Origin: Perna viridis
Lineage: Eukaryota
Direction of reading: 5' to 3'
Assembly: GCA_037379345.1 (NCBI GenBank)
Contig: CM074511.1
Coordinates: 49,234,862 to 49,298,861, forward strand
Length of the DNA: 64,000 nucleotides
The position numbers were made by a program, and so were the translations under genes. Under the pieces are notes generated by a model that saw nothing but the letters and a program-made list of their open reading frames with translations, made no database searches and was not told where the DNA came from. This document shows, one piece after another, positions 38,959 through 51,527 of the stretch (position 1 is the stretch's first letter; each line of letters begins with the position of its first letter).

Positions 38959-41900
38959 TCATGAAAAGTTATGACTCAGATTAAAGAAGGGTGGGTCGCC
39001 ACAGCCTAACTAGCCTACCCTTAACCTTTTGACAGCTGCATCTTAACAAACTCAAGTAACTTTCATTCCCGAGATAACCTTTTCACTTGACTTCCTAAGT
39101 ATCACAACATGAAACGTTACAATTTTAGACCAATATCTCTTATCTTAATTGAAGCGTTATTAAGTGAAAATCGCTTGACAACGAATATCTACTGTAATTA
39201 TAAAACTAACAATGGTTCTTAGTTATTTTATCCTTATTTATGGATGCATTAACTTAATTTTTTTTATAAGGTAAAATTTTATTTTAGTATAAAAAAAGCC
39301 ATCCATAATACAAAAACCCCGACCTAAAAAGACCTAATTTCACAACTAATTTTCTGGTTATCTTGATAATGTCACGTAGAGGTTGACATAATGTTCAAAC
39401 CCTGTGGTGTGAATACACATAATATTCACTGCATGCGATTTATAGGTTATATTATATTACTCTTAATTGGTCTGTAGATGCACCTAAAGGTTAAATTTGG
39501 CAAGGTAGACACAAGTGCAGTGTTTTATCTATGATCGGTACTTGATGGATGAACTACGCTAAACATATTTTTTTCAAGAAAAAAAATGAATTAGTACAAG
39601 ATGTAATTTGTTTTGATAAAGTATGATTAAATGATAGAATCTAAAAAGTTACGTTTACAAATGATTTTTGAAACTGATACATCAAAATCTGTAATGTAAA
39701 GGTGCAAACACCAGAGAAAAACAGAAATAAATGCCAATATACTGTCTCTTTTTCTTTGATGTCCTCAAAATTTGTGTAAGTTTTAAAAAAGTTTGAGGAG
39801 GTAATGAGAGACCTTATAATGCAGCTCTACATTGATAATGTTTTGGGTCAGATGTATTCATAGTGCACAAATATATTTTGAGGTTACTGGTAACTTTGAC
39901 CTGACGAGCGAAGGACAGTACTTGTATTAACTCCATTCAATCATCAATAGTCAATGACTGACTATAAGATCTTATTTATACTGGCTAACATGGTTCTTCT
40001 ATCTATGGCATACAAAGGACAACTCTGAGTTAAGTAAGGCAATCTTGACCAAACACCACATCAATACTAGAATGGTATTAAATTCAATAGCCTTTTACTT
40101 AGTGTCACTTTCAAACAACACTAAATTAGCATTTTTCGATAAACAAATTCAAGTACAATTACTTTTCATATACACCAAGTACTAGAATCCTATTGAATTT
40201 AAGAGTATCAGAGTACACCATACTTCCGGAATCAACACTTCTGGCTAGCATGTGACTGGGTCATGACAGCCCTTGATTTTATATTAAATCCACCCATACC
40301 TATAAATTTCTCAGCTTTATAGCTCACTTTTGATAAAACTTCTGATAAACTCAACTCTCTATCAGTATTAATAGCTGAGATTAAAGGGATAGAAAAGCAA
40401 AGGGTATTTAATGTAAAGAGGATTAAACTCCCAGTACTCCATGTTTTTTTGTGTCAGATTTCAAAGAAAAAATGATAGTGTAATATCTTATGATCTTTTC
40501 AAATTAAGTTAAAAAGGCATAGTATGCATTCAAGCTTGTATGACTGTTTGTACGACAATATGCAGTATATTAATCGTTAAAAGCATCATCATTTCTCCAA
40601 GAATTATTAATTGGAAATCTAGATATGACACAAATTTACTATCAGAATTCAATATCGATTTATCATACATACATATTGTTTTAACTGTAACTAATGAAGT
40701 ATCAAAATAAACCTATATATAGTACACAATAAACTGTGGAAGTTATATTCAGCTCCAAGATCATTTCAAATCCATTCTGTAAAAGGTTGTTACTCAGATA
40801 TACATCGAGTAATAAAATTGAGATAGCACATTAAATTGTTGTAAAGCAAATAATTTAAGGTAGGAGTTAAAAGGTTCTGCTAAAAATAGTCAGGGAGATA
40901 TATTGGGGTATATATAGAAGGATTAACCAAGGCTGTGGAAACCTTAAAACCCTGAAATAGGCAAAACAAGGAAACACATGTCCAAAGTATTAGCTTTTAC
41001 CCAATGTGAATCAGAAAGTGCCAGACTAATGTACACTACACCTATACATCAGCAGCCGACAATATATAGGATTAGTTCCATTATTGACTCAACATCCTAT
41101 TTTATTCTTTTTTTAATATTAAATTTGGTTGATAATCCTAGGTCTTCTAGTGCATGATTGATTCTTCATTAAATGAGTTTATATTTTTGAATCTGACTTT
41201 AAATGGAAACCACTAAATAGGTCAAAATAATAGACAGTGGTTAGAGTACATTTAATTCTCTTCATTTTCATAATTATAATGGAGAAACTAGGCCTCCTGG
41301 CGGGAATTATAAGTCATTGGATCTCATGACCAGCAGGTATAGTGTATTTATACCTCCCAAACTCAATCTCTTTAACAAGCTATGAAAAAATCAAACACTG
41401 TATTTAAAAGGTTCAACACCCCTTTCATATAATGCTCCAAAATTAAAAAGCCATTTAAATAAATTAAAAGAACAGAAAGGTCATCTTTTTGCAAAACCAA
41501 TTTATGATGTGATCATATGACCTCAAACTGACCAAAAATGGGGAAGGATTTAAATGGACATTTGATACAGGTCATAATAAAATTTGTCCTGATTTGAATG
41601 TAGGCACCCTAAAGTGGTCATCATAGTGATTAATGAGGTATCAGCCCTATAACCCAAGGATTTCAACAGATGCAAATTAGGGCTTAAGTCACGACCTAAT
41701 CCAACAATTTATTGATACTTAGAAACATGTACAAATTGAACCAGTTTAGAAAAACAGTCCATGGCAGGTATATGCTCAAGGTTTAAGAGATGACACTACT
41801 TTCATGGAATGTGGGTCTATGTGGGAAAGTGTTGACCATTATAAACACAACAGAGTTTGCAGTGAATAATGATACCAAAGCCTATTCTGTATAAATATGC

Positions 41901-42120
41901 AAATATGTGTTTGTCTCGCATAAAATAAAAGACCAATCCACAACTGCAGTATTACAACAAACCAAAAAGAAAATACTTATAGTTCAAGACAACCATTGCC
42001 TATTGAATGCACCCCCATCAATCCAACCTTAATCTGGTTTAAGTACATTGACTGGAACTGACTCAATCTGCCTAAGGCACCTCCTTCAACCTTTATTAAA
42101 TCTCTTGATCAGTTCTACGT

Positions 42121-42500
42121 AAAACAACTCCATCAACCCAACTTAAACTAAACTAAAACAACTCCATCAGCCCAACTTAAACTAAACTAAAACAACTCCA
42201 TCAACCCAACTTAAACTAAACTAAAACAACTCCATCAGCCCAACTTAAACTAAACTAAAGCAACTCCATCAACCCAACTTAAACTAAACTAAAACAACTC
42301 CATCAACCCAACTTAAACTAAACTAAAACAACTCCATCAACCCAACTTAAACTAAACTAAAACAACTCCATCACCCAACTTAAACTAAACTAAAACAACT
42401 CCATCAACCCAACTTAAAACTAAACTAAAGCAACTCCATCAGCCCAACTTAAACTAAACTAAAGCAACTCCATCAGCCCAACTTAAACTAAACTAAAGCA
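42121..42500. repeat. Minisatellite, 34 bp x ~11
   Basis: Unit aaaacaactccatcaacccaacttaaactaaact; the plus strand is almost G-free. Confidence 0.97.
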
Positions 42501-45500
42501 CTCGATTAGCCCAACTCAATCTACCTATCGCAACCTCTATCTTACTAAAAGCATCTCAGTCATCCTTACAAGTATCATATCAATCTAGCAATTATATTAC
42601 TTAGAGAATTTATAAAGTTTTATATCAGATATTTCAAGAATTAAAAATTTAGGTGGCTCACTAACAACGAAGGATACCATGCCTCTTAGCACAATTACAA
42701 TTTGTTTTAAGTTTTCCAGTGCCAGATAAATGTGGCCATTATACATGTACTGGTAATCTAAAAAAAGCTCAAAATTACTTGCACTTAATTCACCTGTTCT
42801 ATTGTGGTGAATACGTCAAAAGATGAAATATAGTAAACAGAACTGACAGAAAAAAACAATTCCTAGTGTCAACAACCTAGACCTATGTTTTGTTAAATAT
42901 TAACTGTATTTCTCCTTTTGTAGTGGAAACCAATCATATAGGTATCAGTCTTGTATTACATATTCCTGAGCGGGTGCACGTCAAAACATGGAGGCTAAAA
43001 AGTATAGTGGCTTCCTTTTTGCCTTTTCCTGTTTTTGTTTCTTGGCAAATGACTATCATTTTTCATCAAAAGTACAGTGTAAATATCAAGCTATGACACA
43101 ATAAACTTGTTTTTTCAGGAAAAACAGTATTTTCATGAAAAATAATGCTTCAGAAAAGGGGTCTATTTTATGAACTCAAAATAAAAGTGAAAGTAGAAAA
43201 AGTCTATTTTTAGTTTGGCCTGTCCTGGTATACCAAAGTTTGTGCCTTTTTTTCTAAAATGGACCTAAAAATTATTTTTGACATTTCCTTAATTGAAAAA
43301 CATGGTTAAAAGTTAGATTGAAACTCCTTGTATATCTTTTAAAAAATCATGAAAATTTAAGGTATACTATAGAAGCCTATGGGGCAAAGAATACAAGACT
43401 GAGACCTATAACCAGAAAGCTTTCAGTCTATTACTACCAATTAGGAACATTCATTTGTTGTTAAAGTTTAAAACAGTCTTAACTAGGCTAAATATTTTGA
43501 AAAGAATTTGCATTCACTTCAAGATGTCATCTTTAATATTTAATAATATTGTCACTAGAACTTGGAATCTAAAATAAATTGTGTCCTCTGACTCTGATTA
43601 CAGAGATCCTAAACCAAACACTGACAAATGTCCTGTCTGGCAAATTTCCCAAATACCAACCATTGTTGGAAAACTATACAGCTTGGAGAATATCTAGACA
43701 GCTTGGAAAATATGTAAACTTGTTCATTACTAGAAAATCTGTTGAACTACAGGCCATCCTTACTGCCGCATTAAAATGACAAATTAGGGAGATGTCATCT
43801 GGGTTATGGAGAATGTTATCTCTTAACAGGGCCTTCACAGATATTAACACATATCAATGCTAGAGTAAGATAGAGATGGAGGATTTAATATTGAAACAAT
43901 ATCCTGCCTTGGATCTATAACTTACTAATTATGTGGGGGAATAACTGCAAGTATATCCCAAATTAGGAGAATCCTACAACAACAGGAAATTCTCAAAAGG
44001 TCAAGGTTATATTTAGGATTTCCCAGTGATGAAGAGGGTATGGGAATCCCACGGATCAGATACTTAGATAACGAATAAGAAATTAACGGTGCTAATTGGA
44101 AGGTTGGTTCCAATCTAAATGAGTATTTTTTTTTCTGGAATATCCTAATAATACAAAAAGCGACAGCCCTGTTAGGTTCCATTGTCTACTTCCAATAGTT
44201 CATATAGCTATGGAATGGAAATTCCAACATTTATTGCAAATCTATAATATTTAGAATTAATACAGAAAGATATGAATCAAAAAGTACTAATCTCTATATT
44301 ATGGCCTGAATTTTTTGTCTTGATAATGATGAAAACCTAAAATTAAAATGTTGAAAATGACATGATGATTAACAATATGGAATTAAAATTTGCATTTACA
44401 ATGATCAATTTACAAATACAAAGACAGGTGCAATGATGCACTTTTATATGGTAATTGGTATTTTCTTTCAAAATGACACATCTCGAGTAAAAATCCCCAA
44501 AAGATCAATAATAAAAAGGCATTTGATAGATGAGTAAATGGATTGTCTCATGCTAATCATCAGTTTCAAAACTGTGATAATTTTTCATTCAAAGTGTTAC
44601 TGAAAATGCATCAAGTTCTCCTGACATATAAGAAAAATTGTCTGGAATGATTAAAAAAAATTAAAAACATGGTTGATCATTTAATAAAGAGACTTGAAAT
44701 GTGTAACCTATATCAAAAAAGTTTCCAAGTACATAAAATCTCCTTTAATTCCAACAACTCCCCATGATGTTTTTAGTGCATATTTGAAATAAAAAATGTT
44801 ATTGCTTGTTTACATATGATTTAACTCATCAGTGTACATAAGAAACATTAAGTTACTTCATAAAGAGAATTAGATGTTTTTAAAGAACTTATTTTGCCAC
44901 GCTGTTGGTAGTCCATGTAAGAAGTTTCCTCTTGGTCTTTGATGAATACAAGTTTATTGAGAAGGCATGCACCAATAGACTTTAATCACTTTATAATTCT
45001 AGTGCATTATGGGAAAGGTTTGTAAGTGATAATTACCGTATCACACTTACAGAACCAGTAGAAAATTGTTTTTAAAAGATGAGTTTTCATGGACTTCAAA
45101 GGCAGGGGCTGTCCTTCTGTCCTCATAAAATTTCTCAGGCAACAAATTAACAGTGAAATTATGCTTGCAGTTGTTGCACACAAATTATATCTAAGTATTT
45201 CTTAATAATTAAGAACCCTGATGGAAATAAGATACGAGATGTTATGACGGGGGTTAGCCTGTATATACAGTCAGCATATGTTGTTCTTCCGTTCACTCCT
45301 ACAAAAATCTAAAAAAAATAAGGTACAGAACTAGGATACACACAAACACTTCTTTGCTCACATTTGACACAATCAGGTCTACTCAGACTCTTTACACAAG
45401 GGATTAACCTCAAATGCACTTGATGGAAGAATCTACCTGGACCAGAATTTGTCTGATTTGATTCTAAAACTAGAGCTAAAGACGTTGAATTTTTCCCATT

Positions 45501-46894
45501 ACTTTATTCTTTCTTCATGCCAAATTCTTGTAAGAGTGAGTGTTATATATTTCTAGTGATATCTAACTAAAATTCTTAGTGCCACCTAGTGAATGGAAGT
45601 ACTTCTTCAGTGTAACACTACAGTTCTGGCAAATAATGCAAGAAACTCTTTTCTGCATCTGAGGTTATTTCTTAGTGCAGCAGAAATGGCCAAGTAGTTT
45701 TGATTGATGTTGACACTGTCTGCTCAAACAACCCTGACCCTGAGTATCATGAAATAGGGAACATCTACATCTTTTACAGTTTCAGTCTATCTTGAGTTTC
45801 AGTCTATTTTGTACTAACTTTTGATAGTGTACAATCTTATAGCAAATCTAATGATCCTGAAGACTACAAGGGAAATCCCCACTAATAATACAATATATAT
45901 TGTGGCTTTTATCCCCCATGGTTAACCATGTGACAACAAGTTTCTAGCCTAAAAACAGACAGACTGACTGAAATAACAACATTCAAACACTGGTCAAAAA
46001 CAAGAGCAAACATTTGCATAGCACTATATAATCTATTTAAACAAAATAAACAAAATCCAGAGCAGGGTTTAGGAAATGGGTTCTTTGGTTTATCACAGAA
46101 TTCTATATTCTGGAATAATATTACAATAACATATTCTTACTTAATCAAAATATTTATGTGACCTTTTGTATACTGAAGTGAAGTGTTGTATAGCTAAGTC
46201 TAGACTAACATGATACTCCAAAATTAAAAAGTTGAACTTATTCCAAGGAGAGTACATCCAAAGATGATCCACCCAATAAATACAAGTACTAAAGTTTCAC
46301 GGACCATTACCTGATCATATCACCTGGTACCTGACTGGTACATGTATCATAAAACCTAGTCAGATATTAATCATTTCCTCAGCTAAGCCAAATGTTTTTT
46401 TACTTGATTAACCAAAATGATATTTTTACACTCCATTGCATGTAAACACTATTTAAATATATAACAAATATAATATCTATTTCTACTTACAACAATTTTA
46501 TTGCAATCATTATATATGTATGGTGATGAGATAAAACTGAAGTGTCAAGGTCTTCAGTAGAAGGACATGATATGAGAGTTCACATGTTCAATATCATACT
46601 TGAATTCTATCATCTGGTTGGCAGATTCACTAAGAGATTTCTATACATAAAGCATCAGAAATACTCAATACAGAGCACTCGCCAACTTCTTTAAAGAGGA
46701 GATAATATCAAGTAATCCCTTCTACTTACAATCCTAACAAACATTGAATTTTGGGAATGTGTTATGCAAGATATTATAATTTTATGCGTAAATAAAAATA
46801 GGACATTAATGGAACATTTAGTGATACCCCATCACATAATGGTGACAAAAGGGGATGGCATAATGTTCCATATAGCCCAACATGAAAACTATAT

Positions 46895-47077
46895 TTTGGA
46901 TTTTGCTGAACATTAAACTCAATTTGTGAAATTTGATACCAAACAACTGTACAAAGTTTCAAAAAAATTCAATGATCTATTCTCAAGTTATCATCTGGAA
47001 ACTGTCAGGGAACGGACATGCAACTGTTTAAAGGGTATCACAAATATCTCATCATTTTGTGTGGTGGGAGGATAAAA
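46895..47077 (+). mobile_element. Decayed HINE-like fragment (3' part)
   Basis: tgtacaaagtttcaa...ttctcaagttatc...ggaaac...acggac followed by a degenerate hairpin and ataaaaa. Same layout as the 17.3-18.2 kb element. Confidence 0.5.
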
Positions 47078-49587
47078 ACTACTTGTTTCATTCTATTTGG
47101 AAGCAGTAACACTTGCTTTTACAGATCAATGCAAACTTTATACACTGATAAATTGACAAATTTTTTAAATTATATTTCCCCTATTCAATAATTTTCAACT
47201 ACAATAGTCATAATTCTTTTTTTCCAAACAAGTTGTCCATATTCTGTCAGCATATTGTAATGTGCTTATCTCCAAGTTACAATTTATATGGTACAGACTA
47301 TAAGTCAAATAAAAAAATTAAAGAATATATCATTTCGTGTTAACTACTGGGTAGTCAATGAGCATTCATAATGAGCATTCATGACACATTCTTCTTCAAC
47401 CTCAAAGTAGAACAAACAAATGACCATTATTATTGCAGAAGTGTATATGAAGCATGTTTATAACAACCCCACAGTTAACATGAAAGGGTCTATTTTCCAA
47501 AAATAAACTACTAACCTCTGAGAGCTACATCATCAGAGTAAAAGAACTTTTTATCTGTTTTCTAAGATCATTCTACAATGAATATGTTTTGGTTTATCCT
47601 AGAACACAATGATTTATTTTTCATTCTCTAGTAGTTTATTTAATCATCGTTTTCCGGAACTTCTCGTTCTCTAGTACTCAAACGTTCTCCAATACTCAAA
47701 CGTAGTAAGTATATTTCTAGTACAGCTTCAGTTTTATTGCCCGTCTTGCACTATGATGTAATTACATCTACATATATTATTGATTCATACAGATGATGCA
47801 GTTTTTGGAATAGATTTTCCAGACCTGACGTAAAACTGGAAGAAACCTTACATGCTTAAAAACACTTGATACATAAATCAATGTCCCAGATTCATGTCAG
47901 AATTAGGTCTTACTAACCTATAAGAAACCACCTACGCCTCAATCAATATAGTTCAATAAAGTGGGTCCAGAACTGTAAAAGACAAAAGTCTAAAATGTCA
48001 ATACCATGTGACAATTTCTATTTGATACTGTTTTGTACGAAAACCAAAACAAAAAGAGTTGTCAATACAACAGCTTGGATCTATAGATCCACGGAATTTC
48101 CTTTCCAACCAGAATTCCCATTGTTTACTCTATTCTTGAAAATATACCTAATATGGTAATTCCTTCAGGAACTGTTACATTGGGTGTTAGTTATAATTTA
48201 TTATTTTAGTGCCTAAAAATTTTAATCAATTAAATCTAGAGAATCTAAGTCTGACCCATTTTTCTTTTCCACTGATAAGAATTTGACCCGAATTATTTTA
48301 CATTTTGCATTTATCTTCATAGTATTAGAATGCATTTAAAACATTAATATCTGTTCTCAGTTTCACAGATCTGCTAATATAAATTCTTTAACTGTCTATT
48401 GAGGTATAAAAAGCTGTGTTCTGTCATTCCATTTCTAAAGATATATACACTAGGGTGATGATCTTTGGTGCAGTTTTATTAATCACATTTCTATATATAT
48501 ATGTCAGAATCGATACACAGAGAACTATATACCAGTAAATTGAGTAATAAGATTAATGACACCCTCAGATCTCCCTGATCATTACAGAGAACCAGATTTC
48601 TAAACATTTTGATAATTATCTAGTTGTTTGCCCTTGAAATATTAACACAAATTGAACCCAAATTCGAATCACGGTGTGAAATTCACCTATAGGACACTGA
48701 TTGCATTCTAATGACTAAGTAAATCTGTCAAATTATTAGCAGTAACTCTAACTTTTTGGCAATAAGTGTATATGTATATAACCTTAAGGCCTCAAGGTAA
48801 AAAACAACTTAACAAAATAAATTTTCTATAAAAACACCACTGGTCAATGAGGACATATTGACATAGTAATAAGGGTTAAAATTACATGATTAAATACTGT
48901 CTGGATAAAAAACAAGAGCCAATCATTAAAGTGTCAAGGCTGTATAGAGGTTGTAAAGGTGCAATACAACTATTTACTCCTATCATTTATATTAAATATT
49001 GTCCTGACATAACTTGTCTGTCGCGACAGGATGCTAATTCTGTGTTTTTTTCTATAACACGACAATCTACAAGAATAGCAACAATACATCAGTGGCTATT
49101 TGAATTTTAAATGAACAACTGTATTACAATCATGACTTTAATAATAAGTCCCGCCTTTCTATATTTTGCATTTTTAAGAAAAATTTTGTTAACAGGTAGA
49201 TACTTTAATATTCAAATATCCATTCAATAGACAGATTTATACAAACATGTACCACCGGTATATAACCAATATATGGCTGTGGCTAATACATGAGGTATCA
49301 AAGCTGCTGAACTAGTTCATGTGTCAAGGACATAAATAGTTTCTGATGAAAGTCATAAAAAATTCAAATGTCCACGGACATCAAGGTAACCAAGATATAT
49401 ACAACAGCCAACATCAGAGAAATCAATTTGGAGAAAACGGCCATGACAGTTTGAGGGTAGGCAGTGTAGACATGGTTTTTTTTTTTGGATGAAGGTCTAT
49501 TTTCACAATCTTAGTCAAATGTGTGAAAACCAAATAATATCTGTGAAAATTATCAAGAAGTCATACATTGTATTACCATTCCTTTAC

Positions 49588-49726
49588 AGGGGCGCTAATT
49601 GAATTAAATGCAGTGCAAAGCAAGGCAAAAAATATTATGGGGTGAAACTTGCGTAAATTTTTTTTTTACTGATTTGGGAGGGAGGGGGGCGTATGCCTGG
49701 TATGCCAGCCCTTGGATCTGCACCTG
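49588..49726. mobile_element. Decayed small hAT-like MITE remnant
   Basis: caggggcgc ... gggaggggggcgtatgcctggtatgccagcccttggatctgcacctg end. Related G-rich remnants at ~27410-27548 and ~30873-30980. Confidence 0.35.
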
Positions 49727-50663
49727 CTTTAGCCTATTTCATCTTTTGAACAGTCAGTATACCAACACATCTGAAACTACAAAACCTAAGTGTTATAGAG
49801 TTATTACATACATACAGGATCTGAAGTTGTGAATTTTTTATGTACTGTATCTTATATCATGCCACTAGTTTCATTGAAATGCCTAATAAGTTTAAATGCT
49901 TACCAGTACAGGGAATGGGTATTAAAATGCTAGACCTTAGTTGTATCAAAATTTCTATAAAAACCTTTTATGAGGATTCTGTACTGAAATAATGAAATGA
50001 GGATTTGGATAACTAACACAGTGTACTGATATAGAAAAAAGTCATTCAATATTGGCTTCAGGAGATAATTCTTATTGCCTGATTTCATAGCACTTAGTAC
50101 ATAAATCTCATTTGAGTATGAGTTTAACAGCATTAAATTCAATAAATATTTCAATCTATGGAAGAGAAAGCATTAAAACACTAGGCAAGCTAATGATTTG
50201 ATTTCTGTGTCAAAGATATAAGTACTAGTTTCATCTTCAATGACCTACTTCAACATTGAAATTTTATCAACCATTTAAACAACAATGATATTAATAAAAG
50301 ATTTCAATATGAACATTGATTTTTAAAAATACCCGGTAATTAAGATAATTTTTTCCAATTTTTAAGTCTTAAAGATGATGATTACTGCATAGACTAATGA
50401 TTTACTTTCCTTGCTATCAACTATTCTGTGTTTTCTATGATTTTATAGTGGCATACAAGTAACAAGGCTTGCAATCAAATGTTTTAAAGTGAGGAAGGCT
50501 TATCCATGAAGAGGGACCAAAGGCGTCTCTATGTTTCAGTAAAACTTTTGTTCTGAACTGACCACCTCTGGAATTTCATATTAGCATCATCTTAAATATG
50601 TCAAGTAAATCATCCCCATTTTTTGCACAGTACCCTGAAATATTGTTTCAGCTGTACCCATGC

Positions 50664-51527
50664 ACACACTGACATTATTTACTATTGATACAAGAATATC
50701 GTACAAGCTGCAACAATGGACACACTGACGTTATTTACTATTGATACAAGAATATCGTACAAGCTGCAACAATGGACACACTGACGTTATTTACTATTGA
50801 TACAAGAATATCGTACAAGCTGCAACAATGGACACACTGACGTTATTTACTATTGATATAAAAATATCGTACAAGCTGCACCAATGGACACACTGACGTT
50901 ATTTACTATTGATACAAGAATATCGTACAAGCTGCAACAATGGCAACAATGGACACACTGACGTTATTTACTATTGATACAAAAATATCGTACAAGCTGC
51001 ACCAATGGACACACTGACGTTATTTACTATTGATACAACAATATCGTACAAGCTGCAACAATGGACACACTGAGGTTATTTACTATTGATACAAAAATAT
51101 CGTACAAGCTGCACCAATGGACACACTGATGTTATTTACTATTGATACAGGAATATCGTACAAGCTGCAACAATGGACACACTGAGGTTTTTTACTATTG
51201 ATACAAAAATATCGTACAAGCTGCAACAATGGACACACTGATGTTATTTACTATTGATACAGGAATATCGTACAAGCTGCAACAATGGACACACTGAGGT
51301 TATTTACTATTGATACAAAAATATCGTACAAGCTGCACCAATGGACACACTGACGTTATTTACTATTGATAAAAGAATATTGTACAAGCTACACCAATGG
51401 ACACACTGACGTTATTTACTACTGATAAAAGAATATTGTACAAGCTACACCAATGGACACACTGACGTTATTTACTATTGATAAAAGAATATTATACAAG
51501 CTGCACCAATGGACACACTGACGTTAT
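50664..51527. repeat. Minisatellite, 56 bp x ~15
   Basis: Unit acacactgacgttatttactattgatacaagaatatcgtacaagctgcaacaatgg, with one internal 9-bp duplication (caacaatgg) at ~50935-50952. Confidence 0.97.

Noticed and set aside
50664-51527. CRISPR-like appearance of this and the other tandem arrays
   Set aside because: Units are contiguous with no unique spacers, there are no cas genes, and the context is eukaryotic.
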